Below the pieces are notes generated by a model that worked only from the letters and a program-made list of their open reading frames with translations, ran no database searches and had not been told where the DNA came from. Shown here piece by piece: positions 22,745 to 34,817 of a stretch of 64,000 nt of DNA. Positions within the stretch are counted from its first letter, which is position 1; each line of letters begins with the position of its first letter. Source of the DNA: Flavobacteriaceae bacterium (GTDB lineage: Bacteria > Bacteroidota > Bacteroidia > Flavobacteriales > Flavobacteriaceae); the NCBI GenBank assembly GCA_018401115.1, contig JAGYKX010000007.1, positions 314,815-378,814 on the forward strand, in the 5' to 3' direction. The position numbers and the translations under genes were made by a program.

Positions 22745-22981
22745 TCGAATTGGTTTGTTTTTAAGCGAAAAGTGCTGAAAAATGATTCAAAATTCGTGAA
22801 AATTAATCATTTTACACCACCTTTTAGTGTTTTTTACAATTTTTAAAGGATTTTAAGCGGTTTTTTTATCATCTCAAATCCACTTTAAAAAAACAAGCTT
22901 TGGTTATAAAACCAAAAGTTTATATCATAAAAAAACTCCCACTTAAAAAAGTGGGAGTTATTTGAACCTAAAAACGTTTAC

Positions 22982-23179
22982 TTAGGCAGTAGCTACCTCA
23001 GTGTTGTCTATAAGCACTTGACCTCTGTAGTATAATTTACCTTCGTGCCAGTGTGCTCTATGATACAGGTGCATTTCACCTGTTGTTGGATCTTTAGCAA
23101 TAGTAGGGGCTACTGCTTTGTAATGTGTTCTTCTTTTGTCTCTCCTTGTTTTGGAAATTTTTCTCTTTGGATGTGCCAT
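22982..23179 (-). CDS. rpmF: 50S ribosomal protein L32
   Basis: [19 protein letters not shown]. Confidence 0.97.
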   Translation of the reverse strand: MAHPKRKISKTRRDKRRTHYKAVAPTIAKDPTTGEMHLYHRAHWHEGKLYYRGQVLIDNTEVATA

Positions 23180-23187
23180 AACAATAC

Positions 23188-23727
23188 CTATTTATCCGTT
23201 AATAACTTTTTTAGAGCGTCCCATCTAGGGTCCGTCTCTTCTATTGCTTCTTTTTGTTCCTTTAGTTCTTTAACTCCTAATTTTTCTAGGGTTTCGAGTG
23301 CCTCAGATTTTAATGTTCCGTCTAATACACCTGGATGTACTTTTTTGGCGGGTAATGCCAAAACAATCATTTCGTAAATATATTGTGATACATCTACTTG
23401 GTGTTCTCCGTGAGGAAGCACTAAAAGCGCTTCATTTTCATTGTCAAAAGCCTCTCCAAATTTCACGACTAAATCTAGTGAAGATTGCAGCGGGAGATCG
23501 AAAGGTTCATTAGTGGTGTCACAGTTTACACGGACACTTCCACGGGCTTCAAATGTCAATTCCATCATGGTACTTAACTTCTTTAATGTCACATGAACAT
23601 TGAGTTCAGCGGCATTAAAATCATTAAAATCATATGCGTTAAAGAACGTGTTGTCTATGGCAAATTCGAACTGGTGCTTTCCTTCTTTAAGTCCTGAAAA
23701 TGGAATATGGTACTCCCTATTTTTCAT
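23188..23727 (-). CDS. DUF177/YceD family protein
   Basis: Directly upstream of rpm[12 protein letters not shown]-terminus. Confidence 0.9.
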   Translation of the reverse strand: MKNREYHIPFSGLKEGKHQFEFAIDNTFFNAYDFNDFNAAELNVHVTLKKLSTMMELTFEARGSVRVNCDTTNEPFDLPLQSSLDLVVKFGEAFDNENEALLVLPHGEHQVDVSQYIYEMIVLALPAKKVHPGVLDGTLKSEALETLEKLGVKELKEQKEAIEETDPRWDALKKLLTDK

Positions 23728-23823
23728 TATAAATTAGATTATACGCACCTCTCCACTAAGCCAAAAGGCGGGTGCAAAGATACTATTATTATACTAACAA
23801 CCAAGCATTAAAGAAATTAAAAA

Positions 23824-24915
23824 TTATTTTTGTGTTGGTGGTTTATAGTGGCTTTTCTTAATGGGTCTCTTCTCGACAATTTTAGCTTTTTTCAAAGGAT
23901 TTTCCATAAGGGTTTTATACATGGCCCTATGCTTAAAAATCTGTATGGCTGCATACACCGCAGCTGAAAATGAAGTGTGATCTGCTACACCTTTACCCGC
24001 TATATCATAAGCAGTTCCATGGTCTGGTGAAGTTCTCACCTTTGATAAGCCTGCAGTGAAGTTCACCCCATTGCCAAAAGAAAGTGTTTTAAAGGGAATT
24101 AATCCTTGGTCGTGATAGGCGGCGAGTATCGCGTCAAATTGGGTGTAATTTTTAGAACCAAAAAAGCTATCGGCCGCGTAGGGGCCAAAAACCAAAGATC
24201 CTCCGTGGGCAATTTCAGCAATGGTCGGGATAAGAATGTCTTGGTCTTCTTTTCCAATAACACCATGGTCCCCGTTGTGTGGGTTTATACCCAACATGGC
24301 TACTTTGGGTTTTCTAATCCCAAAATCTTGTTCTAAAGACTTTAATATCGTTTTTATTTTAGATTTAATAATTTCAGGAGTGATATGACTAGACACTTCA
24401 CTCACAGCTACATGGTCTGTTAATAATCCAACCCTAAGAGAATCTGACACCATAAACATGAGGCTCTCCCCGCCGAGTTCCTGAGCCAAATAATCTGTAT
24501 GTCCCGGAAAACTGAAAGTCTCACTTTGAATATTACTCTTGTTTATTGGCGCGGTAACCAAGACGTCAATGCTTCCTTCCTTAAGTGCTTTTGTGGCTGC
24601 TTCTAAAGATTTTAAAGCGTATTCACCCCCTAACTTGGTCTCTTTACCAAAATGTATTTCAGGAACCTCTTTCCAAATATTGACCACATTAAATTTACCT
24701 TCTATAGCCTCTGAGGCGCTAGTGACACCCTGATACACAAGCTGGGTGCCTAATTGTTGTTGGTGCTGTGCTATGGTTTTGCTAGAGGCAAATACCACAG
24801 GGGTACACAATTCTAATGTCCTAGGGTCTTCGAAAGTTTTTAAAATAACTTCGCCGCCTATTCCATTTAAATCTCCTATTGAAATTCCAACTTTTATTTT
24901 TGCATTATTCTGCAT
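23824..24915 (-). CDS. pdxA: 4-hydroxythreonine-4-phosphate dehydrogenase
   Basis: GD.NGIG, TAPINK, FPGHT, NPH, YHDQG and RTSPDHGTA motifs; ATG at 24915. Confidence 0.92.
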   Translation of the reverse strand: MQNNAKIKVGISIGDLNGIGGEVILKTFEDPRTLELCTPVVFASSKTIAQHQQQLGTQLVYQGVTSASEAIEGKFNVVNIWKEVPEIHFGKETKLGGEYALKSLEAATKALKEGSIDVLVTAPINKSNIQSETFSFPGHTDYLAQELGGESLMFMVSDSLRVGLLTDHVAVSEVSSHITPEIIKSKIKTILKSLEQDFGIRKPKVAMLGINPHNGDHGVIGKEDQDILIPTIAEIAHGGSLVFGPYAADSFFGSKNYTQFDAILAAYHDQGLIPFKTLSFGNGVNFTAGLSKVRTSPDHGTAYDIAGKGVADHTSFSAAVYAAIQIFKHRAMYKTLMENPLKKAKIVEKRPIKKSHYKPPTQK

Positions 24916-24973
24916 GCTATATCTGGCTTTATAAGTAAATTTGCTGGGTAAAATTAGACAATAAAAACGAACC

Positions 24974-25564
24974 ATGTTTACTGGAATTATTGAAACTTTA
25001 GGAAAAGTAGTTGGAATAGATGCTGAAGGGAGTAATATGCACCTAAGCATTGAAACACCTTTAGCGAATGAGTTAAAAATTGATCAGAGTGTTGCACACA
25101 ACGGAGTATGTTTAACCGTGATAGAAAAAACATCCAAACAATACACGGTAACTGCTATTGCAGAAACATTAGAAAAAACATCCTTGAATCACTTTAAAGT
25201 GGGCCAACTAATTAACCTTGAACGCGCTATGATATTAGGCAGTAGATTGGACGGACATATTGTTCAAGGTCATGTAGATCAGACCGGGGTTTGTTCGGGG
25301 CTCAAAGAAGAAGACGGGAGCTGGGTATTTACCTTTAACTACGATCCAGACAAAAGCAATGTGACTATTGAAAAAGGATCTATTACTATAGATGGAACGA
25401 GTCTAACCGTTGTAAACTCTGAAAAAAATAGCTTCTCTGTGGCTATTATACCCTACACTTATGCGCACACCTGTTTCCAACAGTACCAAATAGGTACAGT
25501 TGTAAACTTGGAGTTTGACGTAATTGGAAAATACGTAAAACGTTTGTTAGAAATTGGCAAATAA
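24974..25564 (+). CDS. ribE: riboflavin synthase alpha chain
   Basis: MFTGIIE, GVCLTV and GHIVQGHVD motifs. Confidence 0.93.
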   Translation: MFTGIIETLGKVVGIDAEGSNMHLSIETPLANELKIDQSVAHNGVCLTVIEKTSKQYTVTAIAETLEKTSLNHFKVGQLINLERAMILGSRLDGHIVQGHVDQTGVCSGLKEEDGSWVFTFNYDPDKSNVTIEKGSITIDGTSLTVVNSEKNSFSVAIIPYTYAHTCFQQYQIGTVVNLEFDVIGKYVKRLLEIGK

Positions 25565-25616
25565 AATAAGTCTTTGGCGGGGGTTTTAATTCAATTTTAA
25601 GTTGGCTTAAAATTGA

Positions 25617-25853
25617 CTACGCGCTTTCTAATTGCGACCTAAAATCTGCGATAAGCCTCAATGCTGCTTCCTCAAATTCTTGGGGGACAGCCATTTTAAT
25701 CGTAGATTCTGTTCCGCCGGCAAATCCTGCTAAAACACCCGAAACCTGTTCGTTTTTCTCCACAAAAGGAATCCCATGATCTTCAAAAACTCCTTTAAGT
25801 AATAAAACTGCCATGGCGTTTCCTGTAAAAATTTCCTTATATGTGCTGCTCAT
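25617..25853 (-). CDS. DUF2007-like small protein
   Basis: 78 aa; LLKGVFEDHGI...N pattern. Confidence 0.6.
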   Translation of the reverse strand: MSSTYKEIFTGNAMAVLLLKGVFEDHGIPFVEKNEQVSGVLAGFAGGTESTIKMAVPQEFEEAALRLIADFRSQLESA

Positions 25854-25904
25854 TTGAATGGTCTTTTAACATAAAAATAAGGCATTTCATACAAAACGAC
25901 AAAA

Positions 25905-26996
25905 TTAAACCTTAATGAAAATTTTCTTTTGATACATAAAGGACGCCATGAACACATAAAATGCACAGACCGTTATGGCGTAAAGCAAAGAAGACAAGGC
26001 GGGATCTATGGCCTGGTGCAGGTATATTTTTTCAAATAAAACTCCGTGAATACTACTTCCATTGATTGGAATTAAATAAAACAATTTAGTGACAAAACTA
26101 GACGTAAAATAAATAGCAATCGCATTCGCACCTACTTTGGAAAACACCCTTCCAAAGGTGAGTTTTTTCACTTCACGCAGGTAAAATAAAGTCCCTAACA
26201 CTAGATTGGCCCAACCAGCTGTAACCAGCACAAATGAACTGCTCCAAAGGGCTTTATTAATGGGAAAACTCAAATCTAATAAATGCCCTAAACCGAGCAA
26301 AACAATACCCGATATAAACAAAAGGGAGGCTTTTTGATAGGTGTTAGACCGCAATATATCTCCCGCTAATGTGCCCAGCAATGCCGTTGAAATTGCAGGT
26401 AAAGTACTGAGTATACCCTCAGGGTCATAGTCTGGTTTCCACATATGAGAACCCAGTAATTTCAAGTCTATAAAATTGGCCCAATTGTTCGCTGCTCTTT
26501 CATAGGTAGGGGCCACCCCTTCTATAGGGAGAAAACCCATCCATAGCCAATAAGCCAATAAAATAATTCCAATAATCAAGGCAGTACTTCTTTTGCTACC
26601 CAAGAGATATATCATACTCGCAAAGAAAAAAACAAGTCCAATACGTTGAAGCACTCCGGGAAAACGAATGCTTTCAAAATCTTTAATAAAGGGAAAACTA
26701 ATGGTAAATGAGCCTAGAAAAAGACCCAGTCCAATAAGTTTTAAACTCCTTTTGGTCAATTTTAAAAAAACAGGGGGCTTTAATTTCTTGTCTTTATAGG
26801 AGAGCGAGATAGACACGCCAACAATAAAAAGAAAGAAAGGAAAAACCAAATCTGTAAGGGTGTATCCATGCCAAGAGGCGTGTAAAAAAGGGGTGTAAAC
26901 AGCAGACCAAGTGCCAGGAGTATTGACCAAAATCATGAGTAATATGGTGGTTCCCCTAAAAATATCTACCGAAGGTACCCTTTTGTTAAAAATCAT
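25905..26996 (-). CDS. heparan-alpha-glucosaminide N-acetyltransferase-like membrane protein
   Basis: SVDIFRG, DLVFPFFLF, GVLQRI, DPEG and INKALW motifs. Confidence 0.85.
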   Translation of the reverse strand: MIFNKRVPSVDIFRGTTILLMILVNTPGTWSAVYTPFLHASWHGYTLTDLVFPFFLFIVGVSISLSYKDKKLKPPVFLKLTKRSLKLIGLGLFLGSFTISFPFIKDFESIRFPGVLQRIGLVFFFASMIYLLGSKRSTALIIGIILLAYWLWMGFLPIEGVAPTYERAANNWANFIDLKLLGSHMWKPDYDPEGILSTLPAISTALLGTLAGDILRSNTYQKASLLFISGIVLLGLGHLLDLSFPINKALWSSSFVLVTAGWANLVLGTLFYLREVKKLTFGRVFSKVGANAIAIYFTSSFVTKLFYLIPINGSSIHGVLFEKIYLHQAIDPALSSLLYAITVCAFYVFMASFMYQKKIFIKV

Positions 26997-28801
26997 AAAA
27001 TAGATTTTTTTAAGGTTTTCCAAACTTTGAGTAATAAAACTCCTGCTACAATCACTGCAAGCGTTAAGCCAGCGGCCAAAGTGTAATTGCCATAGATCCA
27101 ATTACCTGTTGCAAACATACAGCCATACACAAGTATTGCACCTAAAATCATCGCTAAAATACCAGAAGGAACGGACCATTCCTGATGTTTTAATTGGCCT
27201 TCGGAAATGGCTTTTTCCTGTTGTGTTTTCCAGCCAGGACCTCCAGGCTGAGTTTGCTTGTAAAATCTATCTAGGGTTTCTTCCCTCTCGGGCGATGTTA
27301 GGAAAGTGACCGTAATCCAAACAATAGAAGTCAGAAGTACCACTAAAGGGAATTTGGCCCAAGAGGGAAAAATACCATCTAATCCATCTCCGCCAAAAAA
27401 AGTGGTTCCTAAGGAGCCAAAATTAAACAGTATAGACAGTACCCCAGAAACAATCATAGCAGATATTTCACTCCACGCATTTATACGCCACCAAAACCAC
27501 CTAAGAATAAAAATAAGCCCAGTTCCTGCGCCAAACATTAAAATTATATCAAACAATTGAAGGGCATTTGTCAGGGTGAGTGCTAAAAAACCACTTGCCA
27601 CCATCAATAAAACAGTGGCTATTCTACCCACCATAACCAGTTGTTTTTCAGTAGCATTGGGCTGAATTTCTAGTTTATATACATCGTTTACAATATAAGA
27701 AGAACCCCAATTTAAATGGGTGGAGATTGTAGACATATAAGCGGCTCCTAAAGAAGCCATAACCAGACCGAGTAAGCCGCTGGGTAGTTTTGTGAGCATG
27801 GCAGAGTACGCCAAGTCATTCCCTAATTTGTCTGCAGCTACATTGGGAAAGGCTGTTTGGATAGATAATAAATCTGGGTAAACCACCATAGAAGCTAAAG
27901 CCACTATGATCCATGGCCAAGGACGCAATGCATAGTGCATGATATTAAAGAAAAAAGTAGCCCCTATGGCGTGGTTTTCGTTTTTGGCAGCCAGCATTCT
28001 CTGTGCAATATATCCGCCTCCACCAGGTTCTGCGCCCGGATACCAAGCAGACCACCATTGCACAGCTAAAGGGATAATTAAAATCCCTATTAAGGCTTCT
28101 GTATCTGAGAAATCAGGGAGAATAGACAATTTATCTGAAACATTTTCGTGGGCTAAAAGTGCTTCTAAACCGCCTACCTCTGGGATATTGACCAAATAAT
28201 AAGCCGCACCTACAGCGCCTGCAATAGCGACAAAAAACAAGACAAAATCTGTGTAAATTACTCCTCTAAAACCTCCAAAAGCACTGAATAATACCGTAAT
28301 ACTCCCTGCCACTAATACTGTAAAAACAGGATCTAAGCCCAACATGACTTGACCTATTTTAATCGCAGCTAAAGTCACTGCAGACATAGCCATAACGTTA
28401 AACAAAACCCCTAAATAAAAAGCCCTAAACCACCTTAGAAAGTGCGCTGGTTTTCCGCCATATCTGAGTTCATAAAATTCCATATCTGTAGCCACATTTG
28501 ACCGGCGCCATAGTTTGGCGTAAACAAAAACAGTCAGAAGGCCAGTAAGTAGAAAGGCCCACCAAACCCAGTTTCCTGAAACCCCGTTTGTTCTTACAAT
28601 ATCTGTGACAAGATTAGGGGTGTCTGTAGAAAATGTGGTAGCTACCATAGAAAATCCTAAAAGCCACCACGGCATACTTCTTCCTGAAAGGAAATACTCA
28701 GCGCTGCTTTGGCCAGATTTTTTAGAGACTACAATTCCTATAATTAGTACGATTGAAAAAAAGCCAGCAATAATGCTGTAATCCAAGACAGACAAATTCA
28801 T
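26993..28801 (-). CDS. sodium:solute symporter
   Basis: YFLSGR, SMVATTF and QRMLAAK motifs; many TM segments. Confidence 0.9.
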   Translation of the reverse strand: MNLSVLDYSIIAGFFSIVLIIGIVVSKKSGQSSAEYFLSGRSMPWWLLGFSMVATTFSTDTPNLVTDIVRTNGVSGNWVWWAFLLTGLLTVFVYAKLWRRSNVATDMEFYELRYGGKPAHFLRWFRAFYLGVLFNVMAMSAVTLAAIKIGQVMLGLDPVFTVLVAGSITVLFSAFGGFRGVIYTDFVLFFVAIAGAVGAAYYLVNIPEVGGLEALLAHENVSDKLSILPDFSDTEALIGILIIPLAVQWWSAWYPGAEPGGGGYIAQRMLAAKNENHAIGATFFFNIMHYALRPWPWIIVALASMVVYPDLLSIQTAFPNVAADKLGNDLAYSAMLTKLPSGLLGLVMASLGAAYMSTISTHLNWGSSYIVNDVYKLEIQPNATEKQLVMVGRIATVLLMVASGFLALTLTNALQLFDIILMFGAGTGLIFILRWFWWRINAWSEISAMIVSGVLSILFNFGSLGTTFFGGDGLDGIFPSWAKFPLVVLLTSIVWITVTFLTSPEREETLDRFYKQTQPGGPGWKTQQEKAISEGQLKHQEWSVPSGILAMILGAILVYGCMFATGNWIYGNYTLAAGLTLAVIVAGVLLLKVWKTLKKSIL

Positions 28802-28918
28802 TTTTTGGTTGGTTTAACGGTTTGGTTGGTAATGATAAACATAAAGGTATTATTTTTTGTTACACTGCACACATTTTATGACTTAAGTGTCTTAAAAAAC
28901 AAATTGTACCTTCGTTTT

Positions 28919-29674
28919 ATGGACGCTTATTTAAATGGACTACTATCTATAGAATCATTTGTTTTTGCCTTTTTAGCCGCTTTTATTTTAGGGGTCTCCA
29001 AAGCAGGAGTTAAAGGAATAGCTGTATTAATAGTCACCCTAATGGCATTGGCTTTTGGAGGTAGGTCTTCTACAGGAATGCTCATGCCGCTGCTCATTGT
29101 GGGAGATGTTTTTGCCATTACATACTACCACAGGCATACCCAATGGCACTATTTAAAAGTCTTCCTCCCCTGGATGATGCTGGGTGTGGTCATTGGCGTA
29201 ATTATTGGTAAAGACCTTCCTGAAAAAACCTTTCAAATGGGAATGGCTGTTGCTATATTACTCACCTTGAGTATGCTTATATGGTGGGAAAAAAAGAAAG
29301 TAAAAACCATTCCTACCCATTGGAGCTTTGGAGGTTTTATGGGCATTATGGCAGGAATTACCACCATGATTGGAAATCTAGCGGGTGCTTTTTCAAATAT
29401 TTATTTTCTAGCCATGCGCCTTCCTAAAAATCATTTTATTGGCACTGCGGCCTGGTTGTTTTTCCTAATAAACTTATTCAAACTCCCTTTTCATGTTTTT
29501 GTATGGAAGACTGTCACTTCTGAGAGTTTAAAAATATTTTTAATACTGCTTCCAGGTACTTTAGTAGGTTTACTTACAGGAGTGTTTTTTGTACACAAAA
29601 TTTCAGATGCGTTTTTTAGAAAAATGATACTAGTGCTTACCTCCTTAGGGGCAATAGTCTTGTTTTTAAGGTAA
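28919..29674 (+). CDS. sulfite exporter TauE/SafE family protein
   Basis: GVSKAG and TTMIGNLAG motifs; multi-TM. Confidence 0.8.
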   Translation: MDAYLNGLLSIESFVFAFLAAFILGVSKAGVKGIAVLIVTLMALAFGGRSSTGMLMPLLIVGDVFAITYYHRHTQWHYLKVFLPWMMLGVVIGVIIGKDLPEKTFQMGMAVAILLTLSMLIWWEKKKVKTIPTHWSFGGFMGIMAGITTMIGNLAGAFSNIYFLAMRLPKNHFIGTAAWLFFLINLFKLPFHVFVWKTVTSESLKIFLILLPGTLVGLLTGVFFVHKISDAFFRKMILVLTSLGAIVLFLR

Positions 29675-29777
29675 TTTTATTACTTAAGAACTGCATATAA
29701 TGATAATATTGTATATTTATTTTATAGAATTATTGAAATAAATAACCTCTTTGAATTCTTGAACTCAGCCTATCCCC

Positions 29778-31139
29778 ATGTTTAAAAAAAGACTATTTCT
29801 ATTCTTGCTTTTTAGCCTTCCTGTTCTTGGTCAAGAAATTGTTTTTAAAATTTCCGACCAAGAACTCACAACGCTAGACAAGGAAAAAGGATTGCTACTT
29901 CAATTCTCAGGAGATAGTTTAACTACAATCGATATAGAAGCTTTTAAAATAAAAAGCAAAACCGCTTTAAAATTACCTCCAGAATTTACATTTATTGACT
30001 ATCGTCCTATTTGGCAAAACAAGGCTTTATTGTTCACTGAAAAAGACGGAGGAAAGGTTTATGCTTTTGAAAATGACAGTTTAATTAGAATAGACCGTTC
30101 GGACATTGTTCACTGGCAATCCTTTAGTAGTTTGTTCAATAGAAACGACAGCATTTATAAATACGGTGGTTATGCTTACTGGACTACTTCAAACGCGCTC
30201 ACCTATTTAAACCCAATCTCAAAAGGCTGGGAGGTTATTTCTTTTAAAAGCAAAGAAGTTCCTCAAAGCGCCTACAATCAAATTCATCATTTAGGTAAAT
30301 CAGATTTATTCATATTTGGCGGCTATCATGTAAATGACCATGATCGGTTAAACTATATTCATGTGAATGCCGTATGGTCGTATCATTTTAAATCAAAAAG
30401 CTGGAAATATTTAGGAGAGTGCGATATTAAAGATATTGCGTCTTACAAAAAAATAAATGGAGATTTTAAAGAAACATTTGAGGTGTTTAGCGCCCAAAGG
30501 GGCTTAATTAAAATTGACCCGTACAATAACATAGTCACCTATTATAAAGAAAATCCTCTGTATTTTAATGTGGCTATAAGCCAAAACCTTCCCGTGTTTA
30601 AACACAATGGATTCTATTACTACTACAACAGTAATGACCAAGATCTTGTGTTCACAAAAGTTGCTGAAAGTAAATTTGTTCCAAAAGAAACCAATAGTGG
30701 AGCTTTGTTTGTAAACAAAACAAATAAGTATTTGTTGCTAGGTACATCTATCTTTCTAATATTTACATTGGGGCTTTTCTGGTGGCTTTTGAAAAAAACA
30801 AAAAAGAAGAAAAAGACCCTCTTAGTTTTTGAGCACAAAATAAGCTTGAACAAAAAAGAAACTTTTTTGGAGCCTGAAGAGCACCTCATTTTAAAAACAC
30901 TGATTTCAAAAAAAACCTTAGAATCTGCACAGCTAATTTCTCTAATTTACAACGAAAACCTCACCAAATCTCATAATGAGAAAATTAAAAACAACCTAAT
31001 AGAGTCTTTAAACCTAAAACTTTCTTATGTATTAGGTGTGGAAAAAACGCCTATTGTAAGCGAAAAATCATTGGAAGATAAGAGAATTAGGGTCTACAGC
31101 TTAAAAGTGCCTCAAATCATAGTTCGTTTAGAAAAATAA
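29778..31139 (+). CDS. hypothetical protein (signal peptide, Kelch-like repeats, TM helix, C-terminal wHTH-like region)
   Basis: YGGY/FGGY repeats; TM segment near aa 320 followed by a basic stretch. Confidence 0.6.
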   Translation: MFKKRLFLFLLFSLPVLGQEIVFKISDQELTTLDKEKGLLLQFSGDSLTTIDIEAFKIKSKTALKLPPEFTFIDYRPIWQNKALLFTEKDGGKVYAFENDSLIRIDRSDIVHWQSFSSLFNRNDSIYKYGGYAYWTTSNALTYLNPISKGWEVISFKSKEVPQSAYNQIHHLGKSDLFIFGGYHVNDHDRLNYIHVNAVWSYHFKSKSWKYLGECDIKDIASYKKINGDFKETFEVFSAQRGLIKIDPYNNIVTYYKENPLYFNVAISQNLPVFKHNGFYYYYNSNDQDLVFTKVAESKFVPKETNSGALFVNKTNKYLLLGTSIFLIFTLGLFWWLLKKTKKKKKTLLVFEHKISLNKKETFLEPEEHLILKTLISKKTLESAQLISLIYNENLTKSHNEKIKNNLIESLNLKLSYVLGVEKTPIVSEKSLEDKRIRVYSLKVPQIIVRLEK

Positions 31140-31192
31140 AAAGCCTCAAATATTTATCAATACCTTAGTAGCAAAGATAATTACTACGATTA

Positions 31193-33254
31193 ATGGTTTC
31201 TAAATTACGCTTTGCATTCGCTTTATTTTTTGCTTTTTCAGTCTATAATATTATATACAGCCAAGACCACAGCGAAAAAGCCAAAGACACTACTGCTTTA
31301 AACGAAGTGGTGCTAACTGCCTCATTAATTACAACAAATTTATTAGACGCTCCTACTGCTTCTAGTTTTGTGAATGCCAAAAAAATTCATGAAACGACCC
31401 CCCAACTATCCCTAAAAGAATATCTGGGTCAGGTGCCTGGTTTATTTGCCCAAAACCAATACAACTACAACCAAGACTTGCGAATCTCTATTAGAGGTTT
31501 TGGGGCAAGGGCCTCATTTGGTATAAGGGGTGTGTTTCTAAATATAGACGGTATACCAGAAACCACTCCAGACGGACAAAGCCAATTAGACAATATACCA
31601 ATTGGTATTATATCTAATATTGAAGTGCTCAGAGGGCCTAGCAGTGCGCTATATGGCAACGCCGCTGGTGGAGTAATTTTAATGAGCACCCAGGAAGACT
31701 TGGGAGCAAACACCTTAAAATTTAGGGCCATGGGCGGGGCGTTTGGATTGGCTGCTTCTCAGCTAACGGTTGCTTTAGGAGAGAATAAATTTAAATCTCT
31801 TTGGCATTTTAACCATAGTGTCTCAGAGGGATATAGAGCGCTTGAGTGGATTTAAACAAAGCCAATTAAATGGAACATTTACATATCAATTGGCCAAAAA
31901 TCAATCCTTAAAAGGACAGTTCAATTACACTGACAGCCCCTATGCAAATGACCCTGGTAGTTTAAGCCTAAAACAAGTTACAAACGGGAGAAGGTTGGCA
32001 AGAGAGGCTAATATTGTTTACCAAACAACAGAAAAAATAAATCATTTAAAATTTGGTTTAAGCCACCAATACGCTCCTAATAAGAAGGGTATTGATGCTT
32101 TAAACAATGCCTTTGAAATAAACTCCTATGCCTTTTTTGCCCAAAGAAACTTTCTAGGGCTATTGCCTTTTTTAAATGGTGGCGTCTCTGCATTTAAAAG
32201 AAACTATTACGGACTTGGCTCAAAGGCCGTTTTTAAAGGAGAAAACAAGCGAACAGTTGGTTGTGGGAATAGGTCATGCTTTGCAAAGCGACCTTAGAAG
32301 TAGATTTCAAAATGAAAGAGGTGTTGTTGGTACATTGGTCGGGCAACAAAATGAGGTTTTTCCAACAGTCATGGGTTTATCACTGGTAAAATTCCCTTTC
32401 AAAATTGGATGCTTAGCGCTGCTTTAAGGACAGACCTCATCCATATAGAAATGGACACAAACCAAAAAAGAAATTTTACCGCCTTAAGCCCAACAGCCGC
32501 ATTAGGCAGAAAAATAGGTATTAATCAATATATAAGCTTCTCCTATGCGCAGAGTTTCGAAACCCCTACCCTAAGTGAGTTGAGCAATGCACCAGACGGG
32601 AGCCTGGGTTTTAACGAAACCCTAGATCCAGTAAAATCAAATAATATAGAATTAACCTACAGGGGCAAGCACTTCATAAAAAACGACTACAAATTAAATT
32701 GGGAGATCAGTGGTTTTATAAGTGATTCAAATGGAGAAATTTTGCCTTTTGAGTTGCCTGAATTTCCACAGAGACAATTTTTCAAAAATAGTGGCGAAAC
32801 AAAAAGAAAGGGTGTCGAGGCAATGGTCACATTAATCGGAAATATACTGGAATGGAACAATTCAGCAACCTTTGCAAACTACACCTTTAAAGAAAACACA
32901 GAAATTACTGCACTGTCAGGAAAGAAGATTCCTGGCATTCCAAGCCATCATTTTAATTCACAAATACAGTTAAAATTTCGTAGTCAACTTAATATACGAT
33001 TAGAGTATCAGCATATAGGATCCTTAATGGCCAACAATAACAACAGTGTAAAAGTCGCTCCATATAGCGTATTAAATCTTTCAGGCGTAAAACAACTGCC
33101 TTTAAAAGATGGCGCCCTCAAGCTTTTTGCTGGTATTAACAACCTGACGAATAGTCTTTATTTTGACAATATTAGAATTAATGCTTTTGGAGGAAGATTT
33201 TACGAAGCCGCGCCAACGAGACACCTTTATATGGGAATAGAATTGTCTTTATAA
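31193..33254 (+). CDS. TonB-dependent receptor, split by about 3 frameshifts
   Basis: Plug motifs (ISIRGFG, IEVLRGPSSALYG) in the first ORF, SFETPTL and barrel C-terminus in the last; four overlapping ORFs. Confidence 0.8.
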
Positions 33255-33380
33255 GCAGACAAAAACACAAGGAAGCATTTTTTTTATTAATTTAATGGCT
33301 ATAAAAGATTACTGTCCTTCCGTAGGACAAACTATTTGTTGCGGAATTATTTTAATAACCACCAAACACTTTTCACATTC

Positions 33381-34814
33381 ATGAAAACAAAAAACAACAG
33401 AAGAGATTTTATTAAAAAAAGTACCTTAATAGGCACTGGATTCTATATTGTGCCAAGGCATGTTTTAGGAGGTACTGGCTTTACCGCCCCTAGTGACCAA
33501 CTGGTCGTTGGTGCAATTGGTGCCGGTGGAAAAGGCGGCTCTGATATAAACAACGCATACAATGAGGGTAAAAATAGGGTTGCGGCACTTTGTGATGTAG
33601 ATCCTGCTATGGCAAAAAACGCTATGGAAAGACACGAGGGAGCTGCTTTTTTTCATGATTTTAGAAAAATGCTAGACCAGCAAAAAGACCTAGATGCTGT
33701 GACCATTTCAACGCCAGATCATACCCATGCAATCATTGCCCATGAGGCCATGATGCGTAATTTACATGTGTATGTTCAAAAACCATTGACCCATACCATA
33801 GCAGAAGCTAGGCACTTAACTCATTTAGCGAGAAAACAACAGGTGGTTACTCAAATGGGAAACCAAGGAGGCTCTTCTTTGGGGGTGGTTAAAATCAAAG
33901 AATGGATAGACGGAAATGCCATAGGAGACGTTAAAAAAGTATTTATTTGGACCAACAGACCTGTATGGCCTCAAGGAAAAGGGGCGCCTGAGGCAAACCC
34001 TTCTAAAAAACCACAGGGCTTGGATTGGGATCTATGGCTTGGCCCAGCATCTAATAAAGAATACACTCCAGGATTGCACCCATTTGATTGGAGGGGGTTT
34101 TGGGAATACGGAACTGGAGCCCTTGGAGATATGGGTTGTCATTTACTAGATGTTCCTTACAAAGTATTGAATCTGGGATACCCTACAGGAGTGCAATGTA
34201 GTGTTGCCAATATTTACTCTAGAATGTGGACCCCAGACTACGTCCCCGACGGATGTCCAGTAGCTTCTAAAGTAACCATTGATTTTCCTAGTAAAATTGC
34301 AGGACAATCAGGGGTTGAATTAGAATGGACAGACGGGGGCATTACGCCAGCTATTCCAGATGAAATTAGCGATTACTACTCCGCTTCTAGCAGTGGGGTA
34401 ATGATGATGGGTTCTGAAGGTATTATTACCTGTACCGACTACGGAAACAATCCTATTTTATTTAAAAAAGGTATGGAACCTCAGCCATTTGACACCAGTG
34501 TACAAGGCAACTTAGACGCCCTTCATAACGCCGCTTGGACAGAGGCTTGTAAGGCTGGATTTAATTCTGACAAACACAAAGCGCTTACTTCTTCTTTTGA
34601 TTATGCAGGACCATTTACTGAGACGGTATTAATGGGTAATATAGCCATTAGAAGCCATATGCTCAGAAAAGAAAATGAAGCAGGTAATATGGAGTTCTAC
34701 GGAAGGAAAAAGTTGCGTTGGGATGGAGAAAATATGCGCATCACCAATTTCGAAGACGCCAACCAATTTGTTACAAAGCCTTACAGAGAAGGCTGGAGTA
34801 TCCAAGGTCTATAA
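33381..34814 (+). CDS. Gfo/Idh/MocA oxidoreductase with Tat signal
   Basis: NRRDFIK, TPDH, QKPL and GDMGCH motifs. Confidence 0.9.
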   Translation: MKTKNNRRDFIKKSTLIGTGFYIVPRHVLGGTGFTAPSDQLVVGAIGAGGKGGSDINNAYNEGKNRVAALCDVDPAMAKNAMERHEGAAFFHDFRKMLDQQKDLDAVTISTPDHTHAIIAHEAMMRNLHVYVQKPLTHTIAEARHLTHLARKQQVVTQMGNQGGSSLGVVKIKEWIDGNAIGDVKKVFIWTNRPVWPQGKGAPEANPSKKPQGLDWDLWLGPASNKEYTPGLHPFDWRGFWEYGTGALGDMGCHLLDVPYKVLNLGYPTGVQCSVANIYSRMWTPDYVPDGCPVASKVTIDFPSKIAGQSGVELEWTDGGITPAIPDEISDYYSASSSGVMMMGSEGIITCTDYGNNPILFKKGMEPQPFDTSVQGNLDALHNAAWTEACKAGFNSDKHKALTSSFDYAGPFTETVLMGNIAIRSHMLRKENEAGNMEFYGRKKLRWDGENMRITNFEDANQFVTKPYREGWSIQGL

Positions 34815-34817
34815 GAC